DNA of 64,000 nucleotides from Octopus bimaculoides (lineage: Eukaryota): assembly GCF_001194135.2 (NCBI RefSeq), contig NC_068981.1, forward strand, positions 182,430,284-182,494,283. The letters run 5' to 3'. The translations under genes were made by a program, and so were the position numbers. Positions 63,000 to 64,000 of this stretch are shown piece by piece (position 1 is the first letter of the stretch; every line of letters begins with the position of its first letter). The notes beneath the pieces are model-generated. The model searched no databases, had not been told where the DNA came from, and saw nothing but the letters and a program-made list of their open reading frames with translations.

Positions 63000-63640
63000 A
63001 TCATGTGCTCATGACTCACCCAGCAACAGAGGTTGGAAGGTAACAGTCAAATACATTTTCAATCAAGATCAGAGCATAAAGAATTGTGTTTTGGATCCTC
63101 TCTTTGTGTGAATTTACCCTTCTATGCTTCAAATTTGAATAAAATAAGCAAGAAATTGCTTTCAAAGATGGAAAACAACTTAAATTAAGGATGCTCGATT
63201 GATGAAGCTGTTAATAGATAATTATAGACATCCACAAGACTATACACCATCTTTCCAACAACAACCTTCGGCACCTTTTAGAATTTGATATATCTAACAC
63301 CTGCTGACATGATTACAAAATCAAAAAACATCACAGGACTCATGGCTTTCAGAAGCATCTTTTAACATTAAGAATTGCTGAAGCATGGAATAAACTACCC
63401 GCATCAGTTGTTAGCCGTTGGGACACTACATCCTTCAAAACTTCCATGCTTCCTGAAATTCACCAACAGTACACCTAATCCAACCCCATCTTGCTTTTTT
63501 TGATGACCCATTCACAGTTCATTTCCACTACATTATTCTATATACTGTCCATGCACTTTTGGCTACCTTTTCTGATGAGTTACAGTGCACCTGAGCACTA
63601 TATACAATAGGTTCGTTATTATTACTATTATTTTATAGTT
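63000..63640 (+). mobile_element. CR1/L2-clade LINE 3' relic
   Basis: RIAEAWNKLPASVV....TSFKT (CR1 C-terminal WN.LP..VV motif); degenerate VLDPLF (QGSVLGPLLF-like) upstream. Confidence 0.7.
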
Positions 63641-63704
63641 ATGATACTATCATCTTAATCCAGAGGAAACATGTCAATTGTCTACTTTATACTTTTCAGC
63701 CTGT

Positions 63705-64000
63705 GGAGGCACAATGGCCCAGTGGTTAGGGCAGCGGACTCATGGTCATAGGATCGCAGTTTCGATTCCCAGACCGAGCGTTGTGAGTGTTTATTGAGCG
63801 AAAACACCAAAAGCTCCACGAGGCTCCGGCAGGGGATGGTGGCGAACCCTGCTGTACTCTTTCACCACAACTTTCTCTCACTCTTTCTTCCTGTTTCTGT
63901 TGTACCTGTATTTCAAATGGCCAGCCTTGTCACACTGTGTCACACTGAATCTCCCCGAGAACTATGTTATGGGTACACATTTCTGTGGAGTGCTCAGCTA
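63705..64000 (+). mobile_element. tRNA-derived SINE (runs off the window end)
   Basis: Colinear with the reverse complement of 2512-2895. Confidence 0.82.

Noticed and set aside
63705-63785. tRNA-like sequences at SINE heads
   Set aside because: A- and B-box-like motifs run directly into SINE bodies with no complete cloverleaf; not tRNA genes.

Overview
AT-rich, repeat-dense animal genomic DNA with many N gaps next to (AT)n/(CA)n microsatellites. The SINE/LINE repertoire points to an Octopus genome (inference from repeat motifs, not a database match). Three genes can be supported by manual splicing and translation. (1) A + strand C2orf81-like (DUF4639 family) gene with 10 phase-compatible coding exons from 16830 to 40920, about 381 aa. 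(2) OXLD1 as a single coding exon on the - strand (42248-42787), convergent with gene 1. (3) The last two coding exons of an ACOT8/TesB-type acyl-CoA thioesterase on the - strand (61454-61642, 57584-57681); its 5' exons were not found in the window. The rest is mostly tRNA-derived SINEs (CORE-like, Meta-like and others), RTE, R4/Dong, Tx1/L1 and CR1 LINE fragments, a solo LTR, Tc1/mariner transposase relics and mariner, hAT and piggyBac-type MITEs. The most unusual signals are hammerhead-ribozyme-like motifs. One is a candidate non-circularly permuted (rearranged) hammerhead at 58562-58617, sense-oriented in the last ACOT8 intron, with helix II broken in this copy. Two decayed head-to-head copies (36225-36267 and 37094-37141) together reconstruct a canonical minimal type I hammerhead. 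A weaker third relic lies near 5387-5436. Two long near-perfect hairpins flank or lie in ACOT8. All coordinates and pairings were read by eye; no searches or folding programs were run.
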